A stretch of DNA of 64,000 nucleotides, from contig CAWFKH010000003.1 in NCBI GenBank assembly GCA_963816355.1, positions 1,344,001-1,408,000 on the forward strand, read 5' to 3'. A program made the translations under genes and the position numbers. Each line of letters starts with the position of its first letter. The first letter of the stretch is position 1. Source of the DNA: an uncultured Gemmatimonadales bacterium. Lineage in GTDB: Bacteria > Gemmatimonadota > Gemmatimonadetes > Longimicrobiales > RSA9. The notes under the pieces are model-generated. The model was not told the origin of the DNA. It did not search any database and saw nothing but the letters and a program-made list of their open reading frames with translations. Of this stretch, positions 9,642-20,558 are shown piece by piece.

Positions 9642-10796
9642 TCAGTCCATCTGGCGACGGATGAACGTTGGAATATCTAAGTCACCGAGATGGTGCCGCG
9701 CAATGGGGCGCTGGGCCGGCCGCGGGAACGGCACCGACTCCGCGAACGCCGGCGTGCGCGCTCCGCCGGTGGCGACGGCGCGCGTCGCGGCGAAGTTCGG
9801 ACGGATCACGTTGTCCGCCATCCGCTCCTCCTCGCCGCGCGCGAGCCCCGTCGCGATGACGGTGACCCGGACCTCGCCCTCGAGCTCGGGATCGTGGACG
9901 GCGCCGAAGATGATCTCGGCGTCGTCGCCGGCGGCCTCCTGGATGATCGAGGAGATGGTGGTGACCTCGTCGATGGAGAGGTCCATGCCGCCGGTGATGT
10001 TGATCAGCACGCCGGCCGCGCCCTCGATGGAGACGTTGTCGAGGAGCGGGCTGGAGATCGCCTCCTGGGCGGACTCGACGGCGCGGTTGTCGCCGCGGCC
10101 GAAGCCCGTGCCCATGAGCGCGGGGCCGCGGCTCGCCATGACGGTGCGGACGTCGGCGAAGTCCACGTTCACCTCGCCGGTGACGTGGATCAGGTCGCTG
10201 ATCCCCTGCGTCGCGTGGAGCAGCACGTCGTCCGCCTTCTTGAGCGCATCGCGGAAGGAGGTGCCCTTGCCGCAGACGGAGAGCAGGCGCTCGTTCGGCA
10301 CGACGATCATCGTGTCGGCGGTGCGGTTGAGCTCGGCGAGCCCCTGCTCCGCCTGCCGCATGCGCTTCTTGCCCTCGAACTGGAACGGCCGCGTGACGAT
10401 GCCGATCGTGAGCGCGCCCAGCTCACGTGCGATTTCCGCGATCATCGGCGCGGCGCCCGTGCCGGTTCCGCCGCCCATGCCGGCGGTGATGAAGACGAGG
10501 TCGGAGCCGTCGAGCGCCTTGCGCATCTCGTCCCGGCTCTCGTCGATCGCCTGACGACCGATCTCCGGCCGGGCACCGGCGCCGAGGCCGCGCGTGAGCT
10601 TCTTGCCGATCTGGATCTTGACCGGCGCCTTCGAGTTCTTCAGCGCCTGCGAATCCGTGTTGACGCTGATGAACTCGACGCCCTCGAGGTCCTCGTCGAC
10701 CATGCGATTGACGGCGTTGCCGCCGCCGCCGCCGACGCCGACCACCTTCATGCGGGCGTTGCGCGCCTCGCCCTCTTCGAATTCGAAGATCATCAT
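9642..10796 (-). CDS. ftsZ: Cell division protein FtsZ
   Basis: [30 protein letters not shown]-terminal [13 protein letters not shown]. Confidence 0.98.
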   Translation of the reverse strand: MMIFEFEEGEARNARMKVVGVGGGGGNAVNRMVDEDLEGVEFISVNTDSQALKNSKAPVKIQIGKKLTRGLGAGARPEIGRQAIDESRDEMRKALDGSDLVFITAGMGGGTGTGAAPMIAEIARELGALTIGIVTRPFQFEGKKRMRQAEQGLAELNRTADTMIVVPNERLLSVCGKGTSFRDALKKADDVLLHATQGISDLIHVTGEVNVDFADVRTVMASRGPALMGTGFGRGDNRAVESAQEAISSPLLDNVSIEGAAGVLINITGGMDLSIDEVTTISSIIQEAAGDDAEIIFGAVHDPELEGEVRVTVIATGLARGEEERMADNVIRPNFAATRAVATGGARTPAFAESVPFPRPAQRPIARHHLGDLDIPTFIRRQMD

Positions 10797-10869
10797 GATG
10801 CACCCTCCTTCGGTGATCCGGCGGGCCGCCCCCGGCCCGTCCGGTGAGTGAAACGCTGGTTCGGGACCC

Positions 10870-12099
10870 TCAGAAGAACTCCTTCAACCACGCCACGATC
10901 TTGCCCATCGCGCCCTCGCCGCGGGGGGCGATCGCGCCATCCTTCAGCCGCCGGGCGGCGCCGTAGAGCGCCAGGCCCGATGCGGTCGCGAAGCGTGGGC
11001 GCCGCACCGAATCGGCCAGTCCGCTCAGGTGATCGCCCGGCACGCCCACGCGCACCGGCGTCGCGAAGACGTGCTGTGCCACCTCCACGACGCCCTGGAT
11101 CGAGGCGCCGCCGCCGGTGAGGACGACGCCCGCGCCGAGGCGCCGGGGATCGATCGTGCTCTCGATCTCGCGCGCGACCAGACCGAGGATCTCATCGAGT
11201 CGCTGCTCGATGATGTGGGCGATCAGCTCGCGCGTGACGTTGCGCGTCTGCCCCGGTCCGGGGCCGGGCAGCTCCACCGTCTCGCGCGGATCGACGAGCT
11301 GCGCGAAGGCGACGCCGTAGCGCTCCTTCGCCTTCTCGGCCTCGGCGAACGGGATCGCGAGACCCTTCGTCAGGTCGTTCGTCACGGCGGCGCCGCCCCA
11401 CGGCACGGACGCGAGGTGGCGCGTCTTGCCGTCGGCGAAGACGGCGAGCTCCGTCGTGCCGGCGCCGAGATCGACGAGCGCCACGCCCACCTCGCGCTCG
11501 TCGTCGCTGACGACGGCCAGCGCGGTCGCGAGCGGCTCGTCGACGAACGCCTCGACGGCGTAGCCCGCGCGGTCGGCCGCCTTGCGCAGGTTCTGTCCGG
11601 CGGTCGCGGAGCTGGTCACGATGTAGACCTCCGCCTCGAGCCGGGTGCCGGCCATCCCGACCGGGTCCCGGATGCCGGAGCGGTGATCGACGGTGTACTC
11701 CTGCGGCAGCACGTGGAGCAACTCGCGGTCGGCCGGCACGACCACCGCGCGCGCGACCTCGTGAACCCGCTTCACGTCCGCGGCATCGATCTCCTCGCCC
11801 CCCACCGCCACGACGCCGGTCGACGCCGCCGCCTCGATGTGCTCGCCGGCGATGCCGCAGAAGACGCGGTCCACGCCGACACCCGCCATCAGCTCGGCCT
11901 CCTTCATCGCCTTGCGGATCGACTCCGTCGTCTCCTCGATGTCGGTGACGACGTCGTGACGGATGCCGCCGGTGCGCGCCTGGCCGACGCCCAGGATCTT
12001 CGCCTCCGGCGCGCGGCGCGGCTCGCCGGCGACCTCCGCGATCACCGCGCACGTCTTCGTCGATCCGATGTCGAGTCCGGCCACCAGGTTCGGGCGCAT
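10870..12099 (-). CDS. ftsA: Cell division protein FtsA
   Basis: [24 protein letters not shown]-terminal amphipathic helix [10 protein letters not shown]. Confidence 0.96.
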   Translation of the reverse strand: MRPNLVAGLDIGSTKTCAVIAEVAGEPRRAPEAKILGVGQARTGGIRHDVVTDIEETTESIRKAMKEAELMAGVGVDRVFCGIAGEHIEAAASTGVVAVGGEEIDAADVKRVHEVARAVVVPADRELLHVLPQEYTVDHRSGIRDPVGMAGTRLEAEVYIVTSSATAGQNLRKAADRAGYAVEAFVDEPLATALAVVSDDEREVGVALVDLGAGTTELAVFADGKTRHLASVPWGGAAVTNDLTKGLAIPFAEAEKAKERYGVAFAQLVDPRETVELPGPGPGQTRNVTRELIAHIIEQRLDEILGLVAREIESTIDPRRLGAGVVLTGGGASIQGVVEVAQHVFATPVRVGVPGDHLSGLADSVRRPRFATASGLALYGAARRLKDGAIAPRGEGAMGKIVAWLKEFF

Positions 12100-12102
12100 C
12101 GC

Positions 12103-12858
12103 TCAGCTCGCCTTCGGATTCAGGGAGACGACGACCTGTTCGCGGAACCGCCCATCGATGCGGCGCAGGCGCGTGAGCTCGGCGCGCGCTTCCAGATCGC
12201 CCAGCGTCGAGACGAGCTCGTGCAGGCGGATCGGATCCGGATCCGCCGGGAGAAGCGCGCTCGCGTCCGCCGGATCCCGGAAGCGCACTTCGACGCTCCC
12301 GCCCGGACCGGGCCCGGCCTCCGAGATGCGCGCCGCGAAGTCCGGCTCGAAGCGGCGGATGCGGTCGAGCGTGGCGAGCAGCGCGAGGGCGGCCGGGGCT
12401 CGCAGGCGGCCGGCCGAACCGGCCGGGACGCCGATCCCGAGGATCGGGAGGTCGAGCGGTACGCGCGCTGGGTCGATCGGCAGCAGCACGCCGCGTGCGT
12501 CGATCGGACGCAGGACCGAGTCCCGCACGAGCGCCACCGGCTCGGTCTCGCGGATCGTCAGCACGAGCGTGCCCGGCAGACGGCGGCTCACCTCCGCGTC
12601 CGCCACGAGCGGGCTGCGCAGCAGCCGCTGCCGGACCGGTTCGAGATCGTCGAAGACGTTGGCGCTCGCCTGGACGCCGCTGGCCCGCAACGCGTCGCGC
12701 GGAATCATGTAGCGAGCGCCGCGGACCTCGACGCGCGTGACGCGGAAGGTGTCGAGCCGGCGCAGCAGCCGGGGCGTCTGCGAGAACGCCGCGGCGATCG
12801 CCGCGCCGCCGAGCGCGACGGCGACGGAGCCGAGGACCGCGCGCCTGCGAATCCTCAT
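12103..12858 (-). CDS. ftsQ: Cell division protein FtsQ/DivIB
   Basis: Single TM plus POTRA-like segment (VSRRLPGTLVLTIRE); lies between murC and ftsA. Confidence 0.85.
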   Translation of the reverse strand: MRIRRRAVLGSVAVALGGAAIAAAFSQTPRLLRRLDTFRVTRVEVRGARYMIPRDALRASGVQASANVFDDLEPVRQRLLRSPLVADAEVSRRLPGTLVLTIRETEPVALVRDSVLRPIDARGVLLPIDPARVPLDLPILGIGVPAGSAGRLRAPAALALLATLDRIRRFEPDFAARISEAGPGPGGSVEVRFRDPADASALLPADPDPIRLHELVSTLGDLEARAELTRLRRIDGRFREQVVVSLNPKAS

Positions 12859-14297
12859 CGCTCCTCCTCCCCGCGCAGCCGCTCGACCAGCGCGTGGGCC
12901 GCCGTGGTGATGCTGCCGGCGCCGAGCATCAGGCAGAGGTCACCCGGACGCAGGGCGCCCGCGAGCGCCTCCGGAAGGGTGTCGACCTCGGCATGGTAGT
13001 GGACCTCACGGCCGCCCGCGTCGCGCGCCGCGCGAGCCACGATCTCGCCGTCGACGCCCTCGATCGGCGCCTCGCGCGCCGGATAGACGTCGGTGACCCA
13101 GACCTGGTCGGCGCGCGCGAGGGCGGCGCCGAAGCCTTCCGCGAAGTCCCGCGTCCGTGTGTAGAGGTGAGGCTGGAAGGCGGCCACGAGGCGCCGGTTC
13201 GGGTGCGCCGCGCGCGCCCCGGCGATCGTCGCGGCCACCTCCGTGGGGTGGTGCGCGTAGTCGTCCACCACCAGCACGCCGCGCGCCTCCCCCAGTTCCT
13301 GAAAGCGCCGCGCGACGCCGCCGAAGCCGGCCAGCGCCCGCGCGGCCACGTCGAACCCCACGCCGAGCTCGAGTGCGGCGCCGGTCGCACCGAGGGCGTT
13401 GCGCAGGTTGTGCACTCCCGGCACGCGCAGCACCAGCTCGCCGAGCGATTCCCCGTCGCGTTGCACGATACAGCGGCTGCCCCGCCCGCGCGTCTCGACG
13501 TCCACCGCGCGCAGGGCGGCGGCGCGGTCCAGGCCGTAGCCGACGCGCCGGCCGCGGCCGAAACGGCCGAAGCGGGCGAGCAGCCGGCGCGCGCCCGGGT
13601 CGTCGACGCAGGCGAGCAGCAGGCCGTGCTGCGGGAGCGGCTCGAGGAACTCGGCGAAGGCGTCCTCGATCGCCTCGAGCGAGCCGTAGACGTCGAGGTG
13701 GTCCGCCTCCACGGTCGTGACCACCGCGATGCCGGGGCGGAGCGTATAGAAGGAGCGATCGTACTCGTCCGCCTCGACCACGAAGAGGGAGTCGGAGCCG
13801 CTGCGCAGCCCGCTGCCCCACGCGGGCACCTGTCCGCCGACGAACGCCGTCGGGTTCAGGCCGGCTTCGGCGAGGACGGTGGCGGTCATCGCCGTCGTCG
13901 TCGTCTTGCCGTGCGTCCCGGCGACGGCGACGACGGTGCCGCGGTTGACGATCGCGCCGAGCGCGGCGGCGCGCTTCAGGACCGGGATGCCGCGGCGCCG
14001 TGCCTCCGCCAGCTCCGGGTGCTCCTGCGGCACGGCCGCGGTGGTGACGACCGCCACCGCCGTGGCGACGTGGACGGGATCGTGGCCCTGCCACACCTCC
14101 GCGCCGAGCGCGCGCAGCGCGTCGCCGGTCTCTCCGGGGTTGACGTCGCAGCCGCTCGCCCGGCCGCCGCCTCGCAGCACCAGCTCAGCCAGACTCGCCA
14201 TCCCCGCCCCTGCGACGCCCACGAAATGGACGACGCCGGTGCGGGAGAGAGCGAGCAAATCCGTGGGAGGACGGCCGGCGCCGTTGCCGCCGCTCAT
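12855..14297 (-). CDS. murC: UDP-N-acetylmuramate--L-alanine ligase
   Basis: HFVGVAGAGM, GTHGKTTTT, EADEYD, DDYAHHPTE, FQPHLYTRT. Confidence 0.97.
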   Translation of the reverse strand: MSGGNGAGRPPTDLLALSRTGVVHFVGVAGAGMASLAELVLRGGGRASGCDVNPGETGDALRALGAEVWQGHDPVHVATAVAVVTTAAVPQEHPELAEARRRGIPVLKRAAALGAIVNRGTVVAVAGTHGKTTTTAMTATVLAEAGLNPTAFVGGQVPAWGSGLRSGSDSLFVVEADEYDRSFYTLRPGIAVVTTVEADHLDVYGSLEAIEDAFAEFLEPLPQHGLLLACVDDPGARRLLARFGRFGRGRRVGYGLDRAAALRAVDVETRGRGSRCIVQRDGESLGELVLRVPGVHNLRNALGATGAALELGVGFDVAARALAGFGGVARRFQELGEARGVLVVDDYAHHPTEVAATIAGARAAHPNRRLVAAFQPHLYTRTRDFAEGFGAALARADQVWVTDVYPAREAPIEGVDGEIVARAARDAGGREVHYHAEVDTLPEALAGALRPGDLCLMLGAGSITTAAHALVERLRGEEER

Positions 14298-15424
14298 GGC
14301 GCAGCCTCCAGCAGCTCGAGCAGCTTGCGTGCGATCTGGCGCGCGGCGTCGGGGCGGCCGCGCTCACACGCCCTCTCCGCCAACGCGCGGCGCCGCTCGC
14401 GGTCCTCCGCCAGCCGGCTCAGCTCCGACCACAGCCGCGCCGGCGTCGCCTCCGCCTGCGGCAGGTGGACCGCCGCGCCGGCTTCGGCGAGCGCCTCCGC
14501 GTTCAGCCGCTGGTGGTCGGAGGCCGCCGTCGGCAGCGGGACGAGCACCGCCGGCAAGCCCCAGGCGAGCAGCTCGGCGGTCGTCATGGCACCCGCACGC
14601 GAGAGCGCGAGGTCGCTCGCGGCGAGCGCGCGCGGCATGTCGTCGAGGTAGCCGACCACACGGACCCACGCGTCGAGGCCGAGCGGCTCGAGACGACGGC
14701 GCACCGTTTCCAGATGCGCCGGACCGGTGGCCCAGAGAAGCTGCAGCCCCGCCGGACGCCGCAGCTCGCCGGCGGCGACGGCCTCGAGCGCGCCGGCGAG
14801 AGCATCGTTGATCGCCGCCGAGCCCTGGCTGCCTCCCACGACGAGGGCGACGACGGCGTCGTCGTCCAGGCCGAGCTCGCGGCGACACGCGGCGCGATCG
14901 AGGCCGGGGTCGGGGGGCCGGATCGGGTTGCCGAAGGCGTACACCTCCGCTCGCCGCGCGGGCCGCAGCCACCGTGCGGCCTCCGGGAAGCCGAGGTGAA
15001 TCTGGCGCGCGCGGCGGCTGAGCAACCGCTGCGTGAGACCGGGATACGAGTTCTGCTCCTGGATCGCCAGGGGCACGCGGCGGCGCACGGCGTAGGCGCC
15101 GGCGAAGCCGCTCGCGTAGCCACCGGTGCCGACGACGAGCCGCGGGTCGAAGCGGCGGAAGACCGCGCGCAGGCCGAAGAAGCTGCGGATCGCCGAGGGG
15201 ATCAGCCGCCAGTTGCGCCACGGCCGCTCGCGTCGAAGCGGCTCCAGGGGCAACAGCGTGTACGCGACGCCGCGCTGCGGCAGCACCGTCGCCTCGACGC
15301 CGCGCCGCGCGCCCACGAAGTGGAGCGCGATGCCGGGACGCTCGCGCTGCAGCGCATCGGCGAGCGCGAGCGCCGGGTAGAGGTGCCCGCCCGAGCCGCC
15401 GCCGGCCAGCAGAACGCGGCTCAC
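14294..15424 (-). CDS. murG: Undecaprenyl-PP-MurNAc-pentapeptide GlcNAc transferase
   Basis: GGGSGGHLYP, GTGGY, QEQN, GNPIR, GGSQG, SRAGA, HQRLNA; GTG start at 15424 overlaps the ftsW stop. Confidence 0.95.
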   Translation of the reverse strand: MSRVLLAGGGSGGHLYPALALADALQRERPGIALHFVGARRGVEATVLPQRGVAYTLLPLEPLRRERPWRNWRLIPSAIRSFFGLRAVFRRFDPRLVVGTGGYASGFAGAYAVRRRVPLAIQEQNSYPGLTQRLLSRRARQIHLGFPEAARWLRPARRAEVYAFGNPIRPPDPGLDRAACRRELGLDDDAVVALVVGGSQGSAAINDALAGALEAVAAGELRRPAGLQLLWATGPAHLETVRRRLEPLGLDAWVRVVGYLDDMPRALAASDLALSRAGAMTTAELLAWGLPAVLVPLPTAASDHQRLNAEALAEAGAAVHLPQAEATPARLWSELSRLAEDRERRRALAERACERGRPDAARQIARKLLELLEAAP

Positions 15425-16608
15425 CGCGCGGCCTCCACGCCGGCGCGGGCGACGCTCATCAGGATCCCGACGGCGACGAGGCAGACGAGCAGGCTCGAGC
15501 GGCCGTAGGAGACGAACGGGAGCGTGACGCCGGTGGTCGGAACGAGCGCCGTGTTGACCGCGACGTGGAGCAGTGCCTGCACGACGATCAGGTTCGTCAT
15601 GCCGATCGCCAGGAGCTGCCCGAACAGGTCCGGTGCCTGCCGCGCCACGCGGTAGCCGACGAGCGCGAACGCGGTGTAGGCGAGCACCAGCAGCACGGTC
15701 CCGACGAAGCCCCACTCCTCCGCGATCATCGCATAGATGAAGTCGTTGTGGGGCTCCGGCAGGAACCCGAACTTCTGCTGCCCGGCGCCGAAACCGCGGC
15801 CGAGCGCGCCGCCACTGCCGATCGCGATCAGCGCCTGATTGATCTGGTAGCTGATTCCCGCCGCGTCCTGGCTCGGATCGAGGAACGCCGCCAGGCGACG
15901 GAAGCGGTACGCCACGCCGGACACCTGCGACCAGAGCAGCGGCAGGCCGACCACGCCGAGCACCAGGAAGTGGCCGATGCGGCCGCCCCCGGCGAACACC
16001 ACCAGGCCGCCCAGCAGCAGCACGATCATCGCCGCCGACAGGTTCGGCTCCGCAAAGATCAGCAGGTCGACCGCGCCCCAGACCACGAGGAACGGCAGCA
16101 GCCCGCGCGACAGGCTGTGCAGCTTCTCCTGCTTCTTCACGACCAGCGCCGCGGTCCACGCGATCACCGCCACCTTCGTCAGCTCCGACGGCTGCAACAC
16201 GACCGGTCCGACCGCGAGCCACCGTCGCGCGCCGTTGATGCGCGGCGCGATCGCCGTCGTCCCCGGTACGACGACGACGAGCAGCGCGAGCGCGCACGCC
16301 GCGAGCAGCGGCCACGCGAGCCGCCGCCACCAGCGGTAGTCGATCTGCGCCGCGCCGACGAGCAACAGCAGGCCGCCCGCTCCGCCCAACGCCTGCCGCA
16401 CCACGTAATAGTAGTCCGGCAACCCGCTCGACTGCGCCATCACGGCGCTCGCGCTGTAGACGGACACCAGACCGAAGCCGAGCAGCAACAGCGTGAGCAG
16501 CAGCAGCACCGGCGTCTCCCAGCCGATGCCGAGGCGCGACATGCGGCCGCCGTTCTCCAGCTCCCACGCCGTGGCCGCCGGGGCCATCACCGCCGCATCA
16601 GGCGCCAT
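15421..16608 (-). CDS. ftsW: SEDS peptidoglycan glycosyltransferase FtsW
   Basis: VYSAS, NGARRW, QPSE, LPEPHNDFI, PTTGVTLPFVSYG; start uncertain (16608 or 16542). Confidence 0.94.
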   Translation of the reverse strand: MAPDAAVMAPAATAWELENGGRMSRLGIGWETPVLLLLTLLLLGFGLVSVYSASAVMAQSSGLPDYYYVVRQALGGAGGLLLLVGAAQIDYRWWRRLAWPLLAACALALLVVVVPGTTAIAPRINGARRWLAVGPVVLQPSELTKVAVIAWTAALVVKKQEKLHSLSRGLLPFLVVWGAVDLLIFAEPNLSAAMIVLLLGGLVVFAGGGRIGHFLVLGVVGLPLLWSQVSGVAYRFRRLAAFLDPSQDAAGISYQINQALIAIGSGGALGRGFGAGQQKFGFLPEPHNDFIYAMIAEEWGFVGTVLLVLAYTAFALVGYRVARQAPDLFGQLLAIGMTNLIVVQALLHVAVNTALVPTTGVTLPFVSYGRSSLLVCLVAVGILMSVARAGVEAAR

Positions 16609-17992
16609 GCGACGCCTCCTCCCACGCCCCGGCGAGGCGGCGGAAACGCTCGCCGCGCTCCTCGTAGTCGCGGAACATGTCGAAGCTCGAACAGGCCGGC
16701 GAGAGCAGCACGACATCGCCCGGCACCGCCGCTTCCGCCGCGCGCGCGACCACCTCGTCGAAGTCGGAGCCTGCCATCTCGACCGGGAGCCGGGCCGCGA
16801 GGTCCGCGTCCACGATCGACGCCGCCTCGCCGTATGCGATCACCTTCTTCACGCGCCGGGCGTCCGGGAGCAGCTTGGTGTACGGTTCGCCCTTGTGGCG
16901 GCCTCCCAAGAGGAGCACCGTCGGCCGCGTCATGCTGCGCAGCGCGACGCGCGTGGAGTCGATGTTCGTCGCCTTCGAATCGTTGATCCACAGGACGTCG
17001 CCCGCCTCGGCGACCGGCTCGAGGCGGTGCGGCAGCGGACCGAAGGAGCGCAGCCCCTCGCGCACGCGCTCGATTGGCGCGCCCGCCGTCAGCGCCGCCA
17101 GCGCCGCGAAGAGCGCGTTCGCCTGGTTGTGGACGCCGAGGAGCTGCAGCTCGTCCGGCCGGACCAGTTCGAGGATCCGGCCATCCAGCCGGACGCGCAG
17201 CACGCCGGCGTCGATGAAGCCGCCCTCGCCGCTCGCACGCGCCGCCGTCGTCCACACCTGCAGCCGCCGCCCCGGAGCGTCGCCCGCCAGCGCCGTGACC
17301 TCCGCCTGCTCGCCGTTCAGGATCCACACGCTCGCCGGCGTCGCGTTCTCGAACAGGCGCGCCTTGTCCGCGTAGTAGGCGTCGACCGACGGATACCGAT
17401 CGAGGTGGTCCGGCGAGAGGTTCGTCACCGCGCCGATGCGCGGCGCGAAGGTGTCGATCTCCGCGAGCTGGAAGGAGCTGGCCTCCACCACGACCCAGTC
17501 CGGCGGATCCGCCTGCAGCGCCACCTCCGACAGCGCGCGACCGATGTTGCCGGCGGCGGGCGCGTCGAAGCCGGCAGCACGCAGCAGGTGCGCCGCGAGC
17601 GCCGTCGTCGTGGTCTTGCCGTTGGTGCCGGTCACGGCGATCACGGGCGCGCGCAGGTGGCGGAAGGCGAACTCCAGCTCGGAGACGCGCGGCACGTGGC
17701 GCACCGCCTCCGACGCGAGCACCGGCGCGTCCGGTGGGATGCCGGGGCTGACGACGACGAGGTCGCACGCCGCGACGCGCGCCTCGTCGTGGCCGCCGGT
17801 GTCCGCCTCGCCGCCCGCACGCCGCACCGCGTCCGCGGCTTCGCGCAGCGCCGCGGAATCGCCGGCGTCCGAGGCGTAGACGGCGTGGCCTCGCGCCAGG
17901 GCGAGTTCGGCGGCGGCGCGGCCGCTGCGGGCGAGGCCGAGCACCGCGACGCGCGCCTTGCGCCCGGCAGGACGTAGCGCGTCGCCGCTCAT
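16598..17992 (-). CDS. murD: UDP-MurNAc-L-Ala--D-Glu ligase
   Basis: GLARSG, SPGIP, TGTNGKTTTT, EASSFQL, NDSKATN, LSPACSSFDMF. Confidence 0.96.
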   Translation of the reverse strand: MSGDALRPAGRKARVAVLGLARSGRAAAELALARGHAVYASDAGDSAALREAADAVRRAGGEADTGGHDEARVAACDLVVVSPGIPPDAPVLASEAVRHVPRVSELEFAFRHLRAPVIAVTGTNGKTTTTALAAHLLRAAGFDAPAAGNIGRALSEVALQADPPDWVVVEASSFQLAEIDTFAPRIGAVTNLSPDHLDRYPSVDAYYADKARLFENATPASVWILNGEQAEVTALAGDAPGRRLQVWTTAARASGEGGFIDAGVLRVRLDGRILELVRPDELQLLGVHNQANALFAALAALTAGAPIERVREGLRSFGPLPHRLEPVAEAGDVLWINDSKATNIDSTRVALRSMTRPTVLLLGGRHKGEPYTKLLPDARRVKKVIAYGEAASIVDADLAARLPVEMAGSDFDEVVARAAEAAVPGDVVLLSPACSSFDMFRDYEERGERFRRLAGAWEEASHGA

Positions 17993-19095
17993 CGGATCTT
18001 CAACGTCGTGAAGGCGATCAGGCTGCAGAGGATGCCGAGGATCCAGAACCGCGTGATGATCTTGCTCTCGGCCCAGCCCGCCTTCTCGAAGTGGTGATGC
18101 AGCGGCGACATCAGGAAGAGGCGGCGCCCGGTCCCGGTGCGGCTCGCCGAGTACTTGAAGAAGCCGACCTGCAGGATCACCGAGAGCGCTTCCGCCACGA
18201 AGACGCCGCCCACGATCACCAGCAGGAACTCCGACTTGAGCAGGATGGCGACGGCGCCGATCGCGCCCCCGAGCGCGAGCGAGCCGGTGTCGCCCATGAA
18301 GACGTCGGCGGGATGCGCGTTGAACCAGACGAAGCCGAGCGTGGCGCCGGCCAGCGCGACGCAGAAGATCGCCAGCTCGCCCGAGCCGGGAAGGTAGAAG
18401 AGGCCGAGATAGCTGGATGTGTCGACGCGGCCGATCAGATAGGCAAAGACGGCGAAGGTCGCGGCGGCGATCGCGGCGAGGCCGCCGGCGAGGCCGTCGA
18501 GGCCGTCGGAGAGGTTGACCGCGTTCGAGCTGCCGGCCACCACGAACATGCACCACGGGATGAAGAGCACCGTCCACATCTCGACGTGGTGCTGCGAGAA
18601 GAACGGCAGGCTGGTCCAGCCGGGCGGGACGTCGCCGATCGGCCAGCGCAGCAGCAGCACGGCGAGGACGAGGCCGACCAGCCCCTGTCCCACCAGCTTG
18701 TAGCGGCCGACCAGCCCTTCCGTGCGGCGGCGGATCACCTTCAGGTAGTCGTCGAGAAAACCGAGCGCGCCGGTCCACAGCAGCACGCCGAGCGCCATCA
18801 GCACCTGACGCGACGCGACGTCCGCCCACAGCAGCGTCGCCACCGCGGTCGCGAGGATGATCAGCACACCGCCCATCGTGGGCGTGCCCGCCTTCTGGAG
18901 GTGCGTCTGCGGGCCTTCCGTGCGCACGACCTGACCGACGCGCAGCTCGTGCAGCCAGCGGATCACGCCGGGGCCCATGGCGAACGAGAGGAGCAGCGCG
19001 GTGGCCGCGGCGCCGCCCGCCCGGAACGTGATGTAGCGGAACAAGTTGAAGAAAATGTGGTGCTCCGCGAGCGGGGCGAACAGGTGATAGAGCAT
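17989..19095 (-). CDS. mraY: Phospho-MurNAc-pentapeptide transferase
   Basis: KAGTPTMGG, GFLDDYLK, NAVNLSDGLDGL, FMGDTGSL, PLHHHFE. Confidence 0.97.
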   Translation of the reverse strand: MLYHLFAPLAEHHIFFNLFRYITFRAGGAAATALLLSFAMGPGVIRWLHELRVGQVVRTEGPQTHLQKAGTPTMGGVLIILATAVATLLWADVASRQVLMALGVLLWTGALGFLDDYLKVIRRRTEGLVGRYKLVGQGLVGLVLAVLLLRWPIGDVPPGWTSLPFFSQHHVEMWTVLFIPWCMFVVAGSSNAVNLSDGLDGLAGGLAAIAAATFAVFAYLIGRVDTSSYLGLFYLPGSGELAIFCVALAGATLGFVWFNAHPADVFMGDTGSLALGGAIGAVAILLKSEFLLVIVGGVFVAEALSVILQVGFFKYSASRTGTGRRLFLMSPLHHHFEKAGWAESKIITRFWILGILCSLIAFTTLKIR

Positions 19096-20558
19096 CAGCC
19101 CTCCTCCGCCCCGACGGCGGCGCCGCGCGCGGCGTCGTCCTGGCCCCAGCGCTCGGCGAAGCGCGGCAGCAGCCGCTCCAGCGCGACGCCGCGCGAGCCC
19201 TTCAGCAGCACGACCTCGTCGCCGGAGAGCCGGCCGGCGAAGCGGTCGAACGCCTCGAGCGGATCGTCGGCCGCCACGAGCCGCGCGCCGAGCGCGCCGG
19301 AGAGCGGCCGGAAGGCGCGCACGAAATCGCCCGTCGCCACGACGAGGTCGACATCCGCCTCCGCGAACGCCCGCGCCGCCTCCTCGTGCAGCGCGGCGCT
19401 GTGCGCGCCGAGCTCGCGCATGGTGCCCAGCACGGCGACGCGGCCGCCTCCCCGCGGCATCGAGAGCAGCAGGTCCAGAGCAGCCGCCATGCTCGCGGGG
19501 TTCGCGTTGTAGCAGTCCACGACGACGCGCAGGTCGCCGAAGCGGCGAATCTCGCCGCGCAGCTTCTGCGGCTCCGCCGCCGCGATCGCCTCCACCGCCG
19601 CGTCGAGGTCGACCGCCCACGCCTCGGCGAGTCCGAGCGCGAGCAGCGCGTTCGTCACGTTGTGCCGCCCTCGGTACGAGAGCCGCACCTGCCGGCCGCG
19701 CCACGAGAAGCGCGCCCTTCCCTCCGCGTCGAGCTCCACGCCGGTGGCGCGCAGGTCGCGGTCGGCGCGCTCGCTCGCGCCCGCCACACGCACCCGCGTC
19801 GCCAGCGAGCGGGCGCGCGCCGGCAGCTCCGTCGGCTGATCGCCGACGAGCGCGACGCCGTCGCGCCCCAGGTGGCCGAGTAGCGACACCTTCTCTTCGA
19901 GCACACCCTCGACGCTGCCCAGCCCCTCGAGGTGCCCCGCCGCCACCGTCGTCACAATCGCGGCGTCCGGCTCGACGATGTCGCGCAGGCGGGCAATCTC
20001 GCCGGGCGCGTTGGTGCCCACTTCCACGACCAGCGCCTCCGTATCCTCGGGCGCCTGCAGCAGCGTGAGCGGCGCGCCGACCAGATTGTTGAGGTTGCCG
20101 GTCGTCGCGTGCACGCGCAGGCGGGTCGAGAGCGCGGCGCGTGCGAGCTCCTTGGTCGTCGTCTTGCCGTTCGTGCCGGTGATCGCGCAGACGCACGCGG
20201 CGAGGTGGCGGCGGCGCCAGCGCGCGAGGCGGCCGAGCGCCTCCAGCGTGTCCGGCACGACGTAGTAGGCGAGCGCCGGCGGCGCGTCATCGGGCACGCG
20301 TTCGACGACGGCGCCCGCGGCGCCGGCCTCGGCCGCGGCCGGGAGGAAGTCGTGGGCGTCGAAGCGATCGCCACGGAGCGCGACGAAGAGCGCGCCAGCG
20401 GCGAGCGCGCGCGTGTCGGTGGAGACGCCGGAGTATTCCGCGATCGCGCCGGCGGGCGGCAGGACGACGCTGGCCTGACCCTCCCCAGCCACCGGTACCC
20501 CACCGGCAGCAGCCAGACCGAGCGCCGCCCTGACCGTCCCATCCGTCCAGCGCATCAC
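19095..20558 (-). CDS. murF: UDP-MurNAc-tripeptide--D-Ala-D-Ala ligase
   Basis: STDTR, ITGTNGKTTTK, GNLNNLVG, DCYNANP, LKGSRG. Confidence 0.95.
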   Translation of the reverse strand: MMRWTDGTVRAALGLAAAGGVPVAGEGQASVVLPPAGAIAEYSGVSTDTRALAAGALFVALRGDRFDAHDFLPAAAEAGAAGAVVERVPDDAPPALAYYVVPDTLEALGRLARWRRRHLAACVCAITGTNGKTTTKELARAALSTRLRVHATTGNLNNLVGAPLTLLQAPEDTEALVVEVGTNAPGEIARLRDIVEPDAAIVTTVAAGHLEGLGSVEGVLEEKVSLLGHLGRDGVALVGDQPTELPARARSLATRVRVAGASERADRDLRATGVELDAEGRARFSWRGRQVRLSYRGRHNVTNALLALGLAEAWAVDLDAAVEAIAAAEPQKLRGEIRRFGDLRVVVDCYNANPASMAAALDLLLSMPRGGGRVAVLGTMRELGAHSAALHEEAARAFAEADVDLVVATGDFVRAFRPLSGALGARLVAADDPLEAFDRFAGRLSGDEVVLLKGSRGVALERLLPRFAERWGQDDAARGAAVGAEEG

